A stretch of DNA of 64,000 bases, taken from contig OX597826.1 of assembly GCA_951406725.2 (NCBI GenBank), positions 43,338,001-43,402,000 of the forward strand. Reading direction: 5' to 3'. Made by a program: the position numbers and the translations under genes. Below, piece after piece: positions 27,945 to 41,212 of this stretch; position 1 is the stretch's first letter; every line of letters starts with the position of its first letter. Source of the DNA: Octopus vulgaris. Taxonomy: Eukaryota. The notes beneath the pieces were generated by a model, which saw only the letters and a list, made by a program, of their open reading frames with translations, was not told the DNA's origin and ran no database searches.

Positions 27945-28637
27945 CAGTGATTCTCAACTAGAGTCCATATGGCCCTTAAGTGTCTATACAAGATTTTGTT
28001 GTTAATATTTATGTGCAATAAATTGGTTCTGTTTCTACAATTCACAAAATAGACTTCCTCATAATACTCTCTCTTTACTCTTTTACTTGTTTCAGTCATT
28101 TGACTACGGCCATGCTGGAGAACCGCCTTTAGTCGAGCAAATCAACCCCAGGACTTATACACAAACATACACACACATATATATATACATATATACGACA
28201 GGCTTCTTTCACACACACACACACACACAAACACACATATATATATATATATATACATATATACGACGGGCTTCTTTCAGTTTCCGTTTACCAAATCCAC
28301 TCACAAGGCTTTAGTCGGCCCGAGGCTATAGTAGAAGACACTTGCCTAAGGTGCCACGCAGTGGGACTGAACTCAGAACCATGTGGCTGGTAAGCAAACT
28401 ACTTACCACACAGCCACTCCTATTTAATTATAAAAATATAATAGGATTTTGACGAGGCAGAAAAATATGCTATCACGTCGGTCGTAAAGAGAGTGAAAAA
28501 GTTAACGTTTCAGAGCGTTGCCCTTCATCTGAAAATATAAAGAAGCAGAGAAAATTTTATTGTATGGCTATGAGGGTGCACCTTAGTAAAATAGGAATCA
28601 AAGAGGTCCATGTGTAAAAACTGGTTGAGAACCACTA
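27945..28637 (+). mobile_element. hAT-type MITE with 8-bp TSD, containing a nested SINE B (28067-28401, minus) and another insert (~28455-28555)
   Basis: TIRs CAGTGATTCTCAAC / GTTGAGAACCACTA. TSD GGTTACGC (27937-27944) / GGTTACAC (28638-28645). Confidence 0.8.
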
Positions 28638-29744
28638 GGTTACACGAAGAAATTTAAATATCTAGTTCTTATAGAGAGTAAAATGCAAATTATTGATTGT
28701 CATGTGTTAATGAGATGCTGAAGGAAAGACACAACTTCTACGATCTTGAAAAGTTTATTGGTTTTGAAAGAGTGGTGAGATAAATTAATTGAATTTTTTT
28801 TCTTCTTATTTTGGTAAAAACGGATTAGGAAATGGAAGTGCAAACCTTCTCGATATTAATCATCTGTTTAATTAATCCGTGTCAGAATTAGTGGTTAAGT
28901 TGGTGATTGATCAATATATCAAATCTAGACTGCTGTTTGTTTTGCTGGCATTCGCTTGGTATATATGTAATTATATAGGTGTATAAGTGTCTGCACATAC
29001 ATGTATATACGCATTTATGTACGTACATACGTACGTACGTACGTATGTATGTATGTATGTATGTATGTATGTATGTATGTATGTATGTATGTATGTATGT
29101 ATGTATGTATGTATGTATGTATGCATGTATGTATGTATGTATGCATGCATGCATGTATGTATGTATGTATGTATGTATGTATCTATGTATGTATGTATGT
29201 ATGCATGCATGTATGTGTGTATGTATATATATATATATATAAATATATATATATGCACACACAGATATATATAATGTATATATCTATGTACACACTCACA
29301 CACGCATACACTCACAAAGGCTCATACACAAGTACAAACACACATATATACACACACACTTTCATAAATATATAAGTGCGCGCGTGTATATTCTTGCGTG
29401 CGTGCTTGAAGGTGCGAGGCTTAGTATTTAGACTGTTGCAGTCACGATCATATGAACGTAGGTTCGATTCCCGGATCGGGTGGTACGTTATGTCTTTGAG
29501 AAACATAAGCAAGGAACATCATTTCATATTGCCCCTGTGCTTAAGAAGCTCACTTTGCAACCACGCGGTTTCGGATTCTGTTCCATTGCACGTAACTTTG
29601 GTTAAATGTTTTCTACTATGGCCCATTGTCTTGTGAATTAATTTCGTAGTCGAAAACAACATCGAAGCCTGTCGTATATACGACGGGTGCTGAAAAGATC
29701 CTTCCCTGTTCTTTTACAGGGCTTAGAAAAACTAAAGGACCGAT

Positions 29745-29951
29745 TTTATTCTTTTATTTGTTTCAGTTATTTGACTGCGGCCATGCTGGAGCATCGCCTT
29801 TAGTCGAGCTGATCGACCCCAGGACTTATTCTTTGTAAACCTAGTACTTATTCTATCGGTCTCTCTTGCCGAACCGCTAAGTGACGGGGACGTAAACGCA
29901 CCAGCATTGGTTGTCAAGCGATCGTGGGGGTACAAACACAGATACACAAAC

Positions 29952-29997
<46 letters not shown>

Positions 29998-30135
29998 AGA
30001 CGGGCTTCTTTCAGTTTCCCTCTGCCAAATCCACACACAAGGCTTTGGTCGGCCCGAGGCTATAGTAGAAGACACTTGGCCAAGGTGCTACGCTGTGGGA
30101 CTGAATCCAGAACCATGTGGTTCGTAAGCAAGCTA
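29745..30135 (-). mobile_element. SINE family B
   Basis: Match to the family consensus. A 3'-half copy on the plus strand follows at ~30300-30492. Confidence 0.85.
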
Positions 30136-30228
30136 ATAATATTCATCTGATCCTCTTGTATTTTATTTTACTCAAAGCCAGGAACTTTTCAGTACCTCCT
30201 CGTGTGTGTAAATGTGTGTATGTGTGTT

Positions 30229-30264
<36 letters not shown>

Positions 30265-30694
30265 TATGTGCTAATAATTATTCTCCCATCACCTCTTCAT
30301 AATCGGTGTTGGTTTGTTTATAACCCAGTAACTTAGCGGTTTGGCAAAAGAACGGATAGAATAAGTATCAGAACTTTAAAACACCGACACCCATTTTTTT
30401 CGACTAAAACCCCTTCGTGGCGGTGCCCCCAGCATGGCCACATTCTAATGACTGAAGCAAATAACAGATAAAAGCTAAAAGATAAAAGAGTGATATGGTT
30501 TAATATGAACAGAATTTTAGCCGTAATCAATTTTGCTGGAGTCAGATGAGCGTAACGTTGCCATCTGCTTTACTTTATGGTGAATGTCCAACCAGTGAAA
30601 GTTCCAATTTCATTTTTCATACACCGAATGATTTCGAAACCGTTCAGGATATTGCATCGTATTTTGAGTTTGTACTTTCAGCTGCTCTCTCTCT

Positions 30695-30772
<78 letters not shown>

Positions 30773-31028
30773 CACATACACACTCACACACATGCACACA
30801 CACAATCACACGCACACACACACACACACACACACTCACACACACACACACGCACACACATGCACACACGCACACACACACACGCACACACGCACGTACG
30901 CGCATACATACATTATATATATGTATATATGTATGTAAGTATATATATATATATATATATATTTGTATAAAGAATTTATACGCATATATACGCACAAAGT
31001 GTATATATAAATATATATATGTGTGTGT

Positions 31029-31074
<46 letters not shown>

Positions 31075-32317
31075 GTGTGTGTGTGTATATATGTGTATGC
31101 TGCTCCTTATACATGCATGCATACACGTGCAAGTATACATACATTCTTTCATACATACATATATATACATACATGCCTACATACATACATGCATACATAC
31201 CTACATACACACGTACACACACACATACACTATATACACATATGTATATGTTATATCGTAATACCCTTATCGTAATATGATGCATATTAGGAGAAGTATG
31301 CTGTATTTTTCATTAAAAACTTGCATTTGACAATCTGAAGGTCACAACTATTTCATGCTAACCAGAACCTCGAGGAGGGACAAAATCTATTTTCAGCATA
31401 CTTCACTTAATATTATGCAATTGTTGACATTTGCTGTATCTCTTCAACTGGTATGTTCAGGAGACATTTTAAAAACCAACGTCAAGTCAAGACTATACTA
31501 TCTCCATTATTGGTAAACAAGCTTTGACTGACGCTAAATATACAATCAGACATTTTGTCGGTTTTATGAATAGTGTTTCAAATTCTTATGGTTGGATGGA
31601 ATTTCCGGATATTGAGTTTTAGTTATTTTCATCAGTTTGTGGTCGCTTTGTACAGTTTCGAAATGTTAGAGAGAATATATAATAAACTCGTTGTTTTCTG
31701 TAAGGGCAATGTCATCTTCTGACAAGAGAGTCAGCGAACGGCTAAGAAGGTGATTCATGCTAACATTATCACCTTTAATGTTGATAAAGGAAAAAAAATT
31801 GATCTTTATATTTGAATTCAATTCGAAATCGATTGAACTTTGTTTTATTTCCGTGATATCTTTTATATAAATATGTCACGTATAGATATCTTCATATTTC
31901 CAATATAATTTATCGATATCGAGACAGGCATGGTTGTCCGGTTAAGAAGCTCGCTTTGCAACTACGTGGTTTTGGGTTCAGTTTTCAGTGTGAGCTTCTT
32001 TGGACAAATGTCTTCTACTATAGACCCAAGCCAACGCAATGTCTTATGAGTAAAATGGGTTGACAGAAACATAAAAACAAAAACATAGAAATGAACTTTT
32101 TTCAAACAACGTAAACAAAAAAAAAAAACAGAGCACAAGACATACAACACAAGAAATATTCCCCTTCCTCAGTCGTCCCTGTTTCATCTACTCCGCTTTA
32201 CGAAAGTAAGGACATTGGTTGGCATCCTTTTTTGTCTCGGGAGACAATGGAGTTGCGCATAAAGTAGTCTAGTCCGGCTTTTACATTTCATACGAAGGTA
32301 AAGACATATATATGTAT

Positions 32318-32415
<98 letters not shown>

Positions 32416-32422
32416 GTATATA

Positions 32423-32492
<70 letters not shown>

Positions 32493-32495
<3 letters not shown>

Positions 32496-32792
32496 AGGCG
32501 CAATGGCCTAGTGGTTAGGGCAGCGGACTCGCGGTCGCAGGATCGCGGTTTCGATTCCCAGACTGGGTGTTGTGAGTGTTTATTGAGCGAAAACACCTAA
32601 AAAACTCCACGAGGCTCCGGCAGGGGGTGGTGATCCCTGCTGTACTCTTTCACCACTCTTTCTCCCACTCTTTCTTCTGTTGGCCTGCTCGCTTAGCCAG
32701 CGGGGTGGCGTCATTCGAAGGCTAAAACAATGCGAACGCATTGTGACCAGCGATGTGTAACAACATCTGATGGTCTGGTCGGTCACGTGATT

Positions 32793-32800
<8 letters not shown>
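32493..32800 (+). mobile_element. SINE family C variant with an alternative 3' tail, inserted in (TA)n
   Basis: First ~185 bp match family C. The tail GGCCTGCTCGCTTAGCC...GGTCACGTGATTACGTGATA is unrelated to the tail of the other C copies. Confidence 0.85.
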
Positions 32801-32844
<44 letters not shown>

Positions 32845-32948
32845 TGTGTGTGTGTGTATGTGTGTGGCTTTGGTAAACGGAAACTGAAAGAAGCCCGTCG
32901 TATATGTGTATCTCTCTATATATATGTATGTGTGTATATTTTTGTGCG

Positions 32949-33009
<61 letters not shown>

Positions 33010-33013
<4 letters not shown>

Positions 33014-33172
33014 GACAGTCTTCTTTCAGTTTGTGCATGCCAAATTCACTCAAAAGACATTGAGGCATGGAGCTATAGTAGAAGACATTTCCTCAAGTGA
33101 CACGCAGTGGGACTGAACCCGAAACCCCACGCTTACGAAACTAGCTTCTTAGTCACACAGCCACACCTGCGG
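33010..33172 (-). mobile_element. SINE family B 5' half, diverged
   Basis: CGCAGTGGGACTGAACCC...CACAGCCACACCTGCG. Confidence 0.75.
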
Positions 33173-33298
33173 CTATATGTTATTGTTATGCAGGATACAA
33201 TTATGTCTGATATACTGCATTGCTAATTTACTTAACTATTAAAGTAGCAGCGAATGGAAAGCAGTGGGGAGAGGAATAGAGACAAAGAGAGTGATTAA

Positions 33299-33336
<38 letters not shown>

Positions 33337-33339
33337 CAG

Positions 33340-33419
<80 letters not shown>

Positions 33420-34148
33420 CATAAGTATTAATGAAATATATTTTACTTTCTAAATTCCAATGTTCGAAGGAATAATCTTGCTGAGATAGTAACAGATTTC
33501 TTCGTTTGGAACTATTTATTAAAAGTGTTATGATAGATTATGATATTACAGATCGTAGATTATAATAGCAGAGATGAAGTAAGATTTTAATAATATTTGC
33601 ACTTAATATAATAGCGCAGTATTTCAATGATATCCTATAGTCTTGTTTTAATGACTATCAAAGTTTGTAATAATGTCTAATTGCCTTGTACAGACATCGC
33701 AATGTGCAAATATTTATGTATTTAATATAATTTCCAAGCAGTTCGACTGCAGGCGATAAACGCAGGTGTAAGTTTATTAGAAATATCGAAAACTAATAAG
33801 TTTTCAAGTTGTAAATGTTTCCAAGTTGCCTTTAATTCAGATGAAAACAAAACGTAATATTTAACACTCATTCTTCTGTTGAATTCTTGGAATTTTTGTT
33901 AATTTCAAAGGAAAATTTTTCAGAATGTTAACAAAACATTTCGTCATTTAACTAAATATTTTGTTTATTGTAAATATTTATTTATTTAATGCAGTTTTCT
34001 TTTGCATGAAGTTTCCGATTAAAAATATCTTTAAACAGCAATTTAAAAAAAATTATTTTCATTTCTAAAGAATATTTAGAATAATGGCGAAATAAAGCGA
34101 AATTTACATTTTATTCATAATTTATTCATTTATTCTTTTATTACTGGT

Positions 34149-34400
34149 TTCAGTCATTGGAGTGTGATCTTGGCTTCACGTTACACAGTGTCCATACCTT
34201 CAAGTCATTAGACTGTGATTAAACGTTCAAGTCGTTAGACTGTGACCATGCCTTCAAGTCTTAGACTGTGATCATATTTTCAAGTCATTAGACCATGACC
34301 AGGTCTGTAAGTCATTACATTGTGACCATACCCTAAACGCATTGGACTGTGTCTATGGCTTCACGTCGTTAGGTTGTAACTATACTTTCAAGTCATTCGA
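34149..34400. repeat. 27-bp minisatellite (~9-10 units, TTCAAGTCATTAGACTGTGACCATGCC)
   Basis: Periodicity read directly; the unit resembles the reverse complement of the SINE B 3' end. Confidence 0.8.
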
Positions 34401-34401
34401 T

Positions 34402-34678
34402 CAATGGTTCTCAACCGGGGTTCATATGGCCCCTGAGGTTCCATATAACATTTTTGGAGTGGAAGGGGATCCACATAAGAAATATAATAAATTGGGTCCA
34501 CAGTATTATTTTAAGGGTTCATGAAAATTTCGCTTTAAACGTATTTAATGCAAGAAACAACTTGCTTCCTTTCTCTAATGATTTATATAGTTCAACCTAC
34601 ACAAGTGAATGTGTGACAAACAAAATATCTATAAAACTAGTTCTATAAATATTTAAAAAAAATGGTTGGGAACCACTG
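34402..34678 (+). mobile_element. hAT-type MITE (same family as 27945 and 38303)
   Basis: TIRs CAATGGTTCTCAACC / GGTTGGGAACCACTG; shared internal CATATGGCCC and AAAACTAGTT. Confidence 0.75.
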
Positions 34679-34741
34679 CGTTAGTGTTGTTACTTTCAGA
34701 TTGTAAATGCACTGCGCCACTGATATTTGTTTTCTCAAGAA

Positions 34742-34974
34742 CGGCGGCGAGCTGGCAGAATCGTTAGCACGCCGGGCAAAAATCCCTAGCGGTATTTCGT
34801 CTAGCGTTACCCTCTGAGTTCAAATTCCGCCGAAGTCGACTTTGCCTTTCATCCATTCGAGGTCGATTAAATAAGAACCAGTTACGCACTGGGGTCGATG
34901 TAATCGGCTGAAGCCCTTTGTCTGTCCTTGTTTGTCCCCTCTATGTTTAGCCCCCTGTGGGCAATAAAGAAATA
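34742..34974 (+). mobile_element. SINE family A, full length, 19-bp TSD
   Basis: TSD GATATTTGTTTTCTCAAGA at 34722-34740 and 34975-34993. Confidence 0.92.
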
Positions 34975-36687
34975 GATATTTGTTTTCTCAAGATCGGAAG
35001 GATAATAAAAGAAAGAAAGACATCGGTATAGAACTCAGAAAGTAGTGTGACGTAACAAACCACACAAAAGTGCTCTGTCCAACGCCCCATCGATTTTTCA
35101 ACACTCACCTTTCGTATATTTCATGTTAATAATGTACCAAAAAAAATGTTAAAAAATAATAATCGAATCATCAATTTCTATTACTGTAGCATAATTATAA
35201 TATTGTATCATATATTTTACATTAAGCAATTTCATATTGATACTTAAATTCCAGTTTGTGAAATAATAAAATAGTCATTATGTAAAATATAATGCATTTA
35301 GAAGTTGTTTAATAATAATTTTATGAGAATGGTTTATGATTTTGTTATCCCCAGGACAATTTCCTTTCACTATGTACAAAATCATTCAGTACTGGGAGTA
35401 AAGATAGAATTTCATTGCAAATTCATTTTATCTCCAGTTCTTTTTTTTTATTTTCCTTAGATTTTGGAAAAATATAAACCAAACAAATTTAAAAACAAAA
35501 CGAATAAGAAGCAAAATTAAAATAACCTCAATAAAACGTACGATTTTATCAGAAGAGAATGTAATTGATTTACATTTAAAAGGTGTTCTGTAGTTTTTTG
35601 TGGTTCTCTCGTTTGCATTAGATAATACGGCTGAGGCCATGTGGGAGCACCATCTTCTATGTATTCACACTTTCGTGACCTCACTCTCCTCTCTATTATC
35701 TCAGTGTTAAATGAACGACAAGCGGTAAAGCATGCTATAATGTCTTTGTTCTGTAGTTTTACTGTGATTATAACTTTATTAGTCTTAACTAATATGTATG
35801 ACAGAAGAGCTGAGATATTATTCAAAATTTGTCGTTTTATAAAACATTGATAATCATTTATTTGACTCGGTGTCATGACTTGATAATTCAAACATACAGA
35901 ATATCTTGCAATATGATCTCTGATTTCCTACTATCTGAGTACAAATTCCGCTTATGTCAAACTTCGCCTGCAATCCTTTCGGGATCGTTAAAAATAAAAC
36001 AAAAACAAAAAAAAAGAGTACCTATCCAGAAGAATGGAGTGACTGAACTCCAAGAAAGCCGGGCTGCATGCTTTGCCGCATGCATTTTGACTTTTTTTAC
36101 TTTCCGAGTTCAAATCCCGACATGGCCTTCTTAGATGGTAGATTTAATCCGTTGCTCGGTTTAACGCGACTACCTAGTAGTATCTTTGAAGCGCCTTTAA
36201 CAGACTCCACTTTGTTGCAAGCATTCGGACAAGGTAGCCTGTTTGAGGATAACTCCCTTAGTATGTCCCTGCCTAACTAGTCTTTGGAGGCCCTTGAAAG
36301 GGTCATGGGCACTCCCAGCCTTCATGACTAAAATATTTTAACAAACAGTTTCACTGGGTTCAGGTTTTTCCACAAATGACCTATCGATCGAAAAATGTTG
36401 TTGGTAAATAGTTATGACGCAGTAGGCACAGGTTTGGTTGTGTGGTTAAGAAACTCGTTTTGAAATCACATGGTTTCTGTTATAGTGACACTGCACGACA
36501 GGTGGGGAAAGTGTCTTCTATTGTAGCCCCAGGATATCTAATGCATTTTGAGTGAATTTTATAGACGGCAACTGTGTGAAAGCCCGTCGCCTTTATATAT
36601 ATATATATAAATATATATATAATTTTTTTTTCGTAATGAGATCAAAAACCAAGGCTGAGTAGATTTTACAACATCTATAGATAGAAT

Positions 36688-36735
36688 CTCTTACAGCTGT
36701 TTCCAGGATAATTACTATATCCCTTCGTCGGAGAC
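36688..36735 (-). ncRNA. Minimal hammerhead-like motif (U4>C)
   Basis: Minus strand: TCT-CCGACGA-A GGGATA TAGTAAT TATCCT G-GAAA-CAGCTGTA-AGA; palindromic stem III, GUA site. Confidence 0.55.
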
Positions 36736-36994
36736 GGTGTGAGAGGATAGTTAAGTAATAGTTAATTTAGATATGATACAAGATAGAGAGTGAAGTGAAG
36801 GAAAGAAAATAGATGTGAGATATGTAGAGATATTGAATTTGTAGATCCATTTTTTAGGCAAAATGGTATACATGTAAGATTCCAATACTTTAAATACTTT
36901 CACCGAACTTGGAACTTAACTATGGTCTATCTATAGCACTTATTCAGCATTACCTGACACCTTTGGGTCTGAATGACACCATTACCTCTCATAA

Positions 36995-37030
<36 letters not shown>

Positions 37031-37031
<1 letters not shown>

Positions 37032-37154
37032 GGAGGCGCAATGGCCCAGTGTTTAGGGCAGCATCATTTGAAGGCTAAAACAATGCGAAGCACATTGTGA
37101 CCAGCGATGTGTAGCAACATCTGATCGCCTGGTCGGTCACGTGATCACGTGATA
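37031..37154 (+). mobile_element. Internally deleted SINE C variant (head fused to the CACGTGAT tail)
   Basis: Matches 32493-32524 joined to 32710-32800; lies in (TA)n. Confidence 0.8.
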
Positions 37155-37190
37155 TATATATCTACATACATACATATATATATACGTATG

Positions 37191-37267
<77 letters not shown>

Positions 37268-38184
37268 GTCTGTGTCTGTCTCCACTTTACACTACTTGAC
37301 AATCGGTGTTGGTTTGTTTATATTTTGGTAACCTAGCAGTGCAACATAAAAGAACGATCGAATAAGTGCCAGACTTAAGAAAAATAAGTATCGGGGTCAA
37401 TTTGTTCGACTAAACCCTTTAAGGTGGTGCCCCAGCACGGCTACAGTCTAATGCCTGAAACAGATAAAAGATAAAAGACACAAGGTATTAAAAAAATGAT
37501 ACAGTAAAGAAAGAACCGTTGCAGAGATTTCTGAGATTATGTTAAATAAATTTGAACCCAAGTCATATTAAAATGATTCTATGTCTAACATTTTGAAGCA
37601 GTATTATTAATAAGATGCGATAGAAAATATTTTGTTTATGTCACACATAAACATGAAAGATATTTCTTAAGATTTCTTTATTTTGCTTAGAATTGGAAAA
37701 AATAAGAGTTTATCCTATCTAGATTAAGCTCATTACGTATGAGGTCGTTTGAATAGTATAGAGAAATAACTAAAAAAAAATTCGTAGTTTATTATGTTTA
37801 TTATACTGTATATTTTGTTTATAATACCGTTTCTAAGCAAATAAAACGACGCGGATTTATTCTCTAAAGATTACTACTACAGATCAGTAAAGAGATACAA
37901 ATTCAAATATAATTCTGGTTGTTATAAATGCTTAGCGAAGGTAAAAAGGAACGAATTGTCTCTACTGGGGAAAGGAAAGAAACGAAAAAGAAAATATTGG
38001 TAAGGAATTATAAAGCTGCTGTTTGTAGAAATAGTTATTTACAGAATAGTTAAAAGTATACCAATCATGTTGCGAAGTTTTCTGTTTATTTTCTGTTTAT
38101 TCTCAGAAAACTGGTTGGTGCCTGTAAGTAAAGTGTGAAGAACTCGTTTCCAATATGAAACTAACCATAGCAACACCGACTTCT

Positions 38185-38232
<48 letters not shown>

Positions 38233-38302
38233 TCATTCTTTTATCCCTGTTTCAATCGCTGGACTGCGACCATGTTGGGACATCATCTTGAAGGCTGTAG
38301 TC

Positions 38303-38658
38303 CTGCGGTTCTCAACCATTTATAGACCCCCCATCTATAGACCCCATAAATTACTATTCATTTCTGGTGGACCCCCGTAGCCATTCGATGTTTAAAAACT
38401 AGTTTTATATATAAACTTCTTTCACTAATCCCTATTTCGTTTTCCACACATTAACTTATGTAGATTGAACTATGTAAAATGTTAGAGAAACAGACCTAGC
38501 TGTTTCTTGAAATACATACCAATACATACATCAAAAGCAACATATTTTCAAAGGCCTCCAATTCACTATTTTGCTGTGGTCCCTATTTTGTTGCGAGGAC
38601 ACCTAAAAATCTTATATGGACTCTCAAGGGCCATATGGACTCCAGTTGAAAACAACTG
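38303..38658 (-). mobile_element. hAT-type MITE inserted in a SINE B fragment
   Basis: TIRs CTGCGGTTCTCAACC / AGTTGAAAACAACTG; TSD CTGTAGTC / ACGTAGTC. Confidence 0.75.
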
Positions 38659-38769
38659 ACGTAGTCTAATATATCCACCCCCAGTACTTCTTTTCACCCC
38701 GTTTCAAACCCGGTATTTAACCCATCGGTCTTTTTTTTGCCACAACGCTCTATTCTACGTACTATGTCA

Positions 38770-38934
38770 CCCTTTTCAAGCCAAGTCAGGTTCATGGGCC
38801 CGGTTTCCCGGTTTCTGGACCGTATGTGTTCCCTCCAGCTGGACAGGACGCCAGTCCATCGCAGCGTTACTCAAGAAATAGGAAGAGAGAGTGAGAGAAA
38901 GTTGTGGCGAAAGAGTACAACAGGGGTCGCCACC
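38770..38934 (-). mobile_element. SINE family C, 5'-truncated
   Basis: Reverse complement of 15497-15665. Confidence 0.85.
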
Positions 38935-39889
38935 TGTATATATGTATGCATGTATTAATCATTTATCTTTTACTTCTTTCAGTCACTAAACCGCGACCAT
39001 GCTGGGGCACCGCCCTGAATGAGAAACGAATCGATTCTAGTACTATTTTGGGAGCCTGGCACTTGTTCTGTCGTTCTCGAATTACCGAACTGTTAAGTTA
39101 CGTGGGCGTAAAGAAACGAACATCGATTGTTAATCAGTGGTGGGAGACAAACATAAACACACACACACATATACACAAAGAGACACACACCCACATCCGC
39201 CGAACTACGCACACACTAACCCACAAAGACACACGCACAATGACACATACACACACACACACACACAAAAATACACATAAACACAGTCACACAGAAATAC
39301 GCACATATTGCATATGGTAAGTTGGTTTTCCAAAGTAATATAATAAGTTATTGCTTTTAGACCACCCTGTATTTTATAGGGCAGGAACGCACGGACTAGC
39401 ATATAATAAAGTGTGTAGTGCATATTTATTATTTCCATTACAAGAAGCACCAGAACAAAGTAGGTAGCGAAAAAGTAGGAAAGATAGAGAAGTGAGAAGC
39501 AACTAAAGAACGCATGCGCACTTGTGAGACAGAAAGAAAAGGACAGAGACAGAGAGACTGAAAAAGAGAGAGAGAGAGAAAGAGAGGATAGTAAGACTTA
39601 ACGAATTCTTCTCTTAAGATGGAAATTGACAGTTTGTCATTTTATATTGTTCGAAAATTAAATATTACTTTTAAAGTTCTTCCGAATGTAAAAATACTAA
39701 AGTGATTAGTCAAAAGGAGTGGTTTACAGTTAAAAAGAACACCAAAACCCCCTCATTTCTTCTTTCGTTCGGCGTCAGCTTTGGCTTGTGTTCCCTGTTT
39801 TCTCCTTCCCTCCATCTATAACTGTTGTACTTTTTTTTTCCTTTGCTGTCTCTTTTATTCTCTCTCATTCATTCTCTTCATTCTAGAAG

Positions 39890-40015
39890 ACACCACACGG
39901 TTCCAGGTTCAGTCTTTCTGCGTAGCACCTTAGGTAAGTGTCTTCTTCTATAGCTTCGGGCCAACCAAAGCCTTGAGAGTAGATTTGGTACACGAAAACT
40001 GAAAAGAAGCCCATC

Positions 40016-40077
<62 letters not shown>

Positions 40078-40382
40078 TCTTTTACTTGTTTCAGTCACTT
40101 CACTGCGCCATGGTGGAGCACTGCCTTTAGTCGAATAAATCGACCCAAAGACTTATTCCTTGTAAGCCTAGTATTTTGTAAACCTAGTACTATTTTATGG
40201 TTAAGATACGGGGACGTAAACACACCAGCATCAGTTGTCAAGTGATGGTAGAGGAACAAAGTTACACATGCATACACACACACATATATACGACGGGTTT
40301 CTTTCAGTTTCCGTCTACCAAATCCACTCACAAAGTTTTGGTCGGCCCGAGGCTATAGTAGAAGACACTTGCCCGAGGTGCC
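39890..40382. mobile_element. SINE B fragments (39890-40020 plus; 40075-40382 minus)
   Basis: Match to the family consensus. Confidence 0.8.
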
Positions 40383-40586
40383 TCAAGGGGTGAGAAGGCT
40401 GAGATTATATCTATGTGTACTGGTGATTACATAGGAACTTAAAACAATTAGTGAAAACACGGTACATATTACCAGGTCATATAAGGTGTAGTATGGTATA
40501 TACTGTGTACATGGAATGAGGGAAATAAGAGACGGGTAGTTGGACAAGTGTGGCTGCAACGGGTAGAAAACATTTCGACAAATGTA

Positions 40587-40754
40587 AGGCGCAGGAGTGG
40601 CTGTGTGGTAAGTAGCTTGCTAACCAACCACATGGTTCCGGGTTCAGTCCCACTGCGTGGCATCTTGGGCAAGTATCTTCTGCTATAGCCCCGGGCCGAC
40701 CAATGCCTTGTGAGTGGATTTGGTAGACGGAAACTGAAAGAAGCCTGTCGTATG

Positions 40755-40850
<96 letters not shown>

Positions 40851-41060
40851 TGTGTGTGTGTTTGTCCCCCTAGCATTGCTTGACAACCGATGCTGGTGTG
40901 TTTACGTCCCCATCATTTAGCGGTTCGGCAAAAGAGATCCGATAGAATAAGTACTAAGCTTACAAAGAATAAGACCTGGGGTCGATTTGCTCGATTTAAA
41001 GGCGGTGCTCCAGCATGGCCGCAGTCAAATGACTGAAACAAGTAAAAGAGTAAAAGAGTA
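40587..41060 (+). mobile_element. SINE family B, full length (reference copy)
   Basis: tRNA-like head TGGCTGTGTGGTAAG...GGTTCAGTCCC, CORE-like CTTGGGCAAGT, internal (TA)n(TG)n and (GTAAAAGA)n tail. Confidence 0.92.
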
Positions 41061-41212
41061 CACAAAAATAAATAAAAATAAAAGTCATGTACGCCGACAA
41101 AGAAAGGAACAGAAGCAGAGTGATGTTTGAGATGAACCCTTTATTAAAGTAGAAGAAGAGGCACGATAACAAGGAAACAAGGAAAGAAAGGATACCTATT
41201 TGAAGCATGTAT

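Larger units (their letters stand above)
36424..37478 (+). mobile_element. SINE family B split by insertions into its internal (TA)n
   Basis: 5' half at 36424-36590 and 3' half at ~37270-37478, with inserts between. Confidence 0.7.

Noticed and set aside
30546-30690. Complex-looking N-terminus of a 130-aa ORF as an exon
   Set aside because: No recognisable homology or convincing splice sites; runs into (CA)n.
32160-32195. GAAAC...CTGAGGA (and CTGAAGA at ~60730) on the minus strand as a type-II hammerhead
   Set aside because: Only about 9 nt between the motifs, too short for stems III and I.
34149-34400. CRISPR-like periodic array
   Set aside because: Head-to-tail units with no unique spacers, no cas genes, eukaryotic context.
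35517-35891. 124-aa minus-strand ORF
   Set aside because: Includes a SINE B tail fragment (GAPTWPQ); no recognisable domain.
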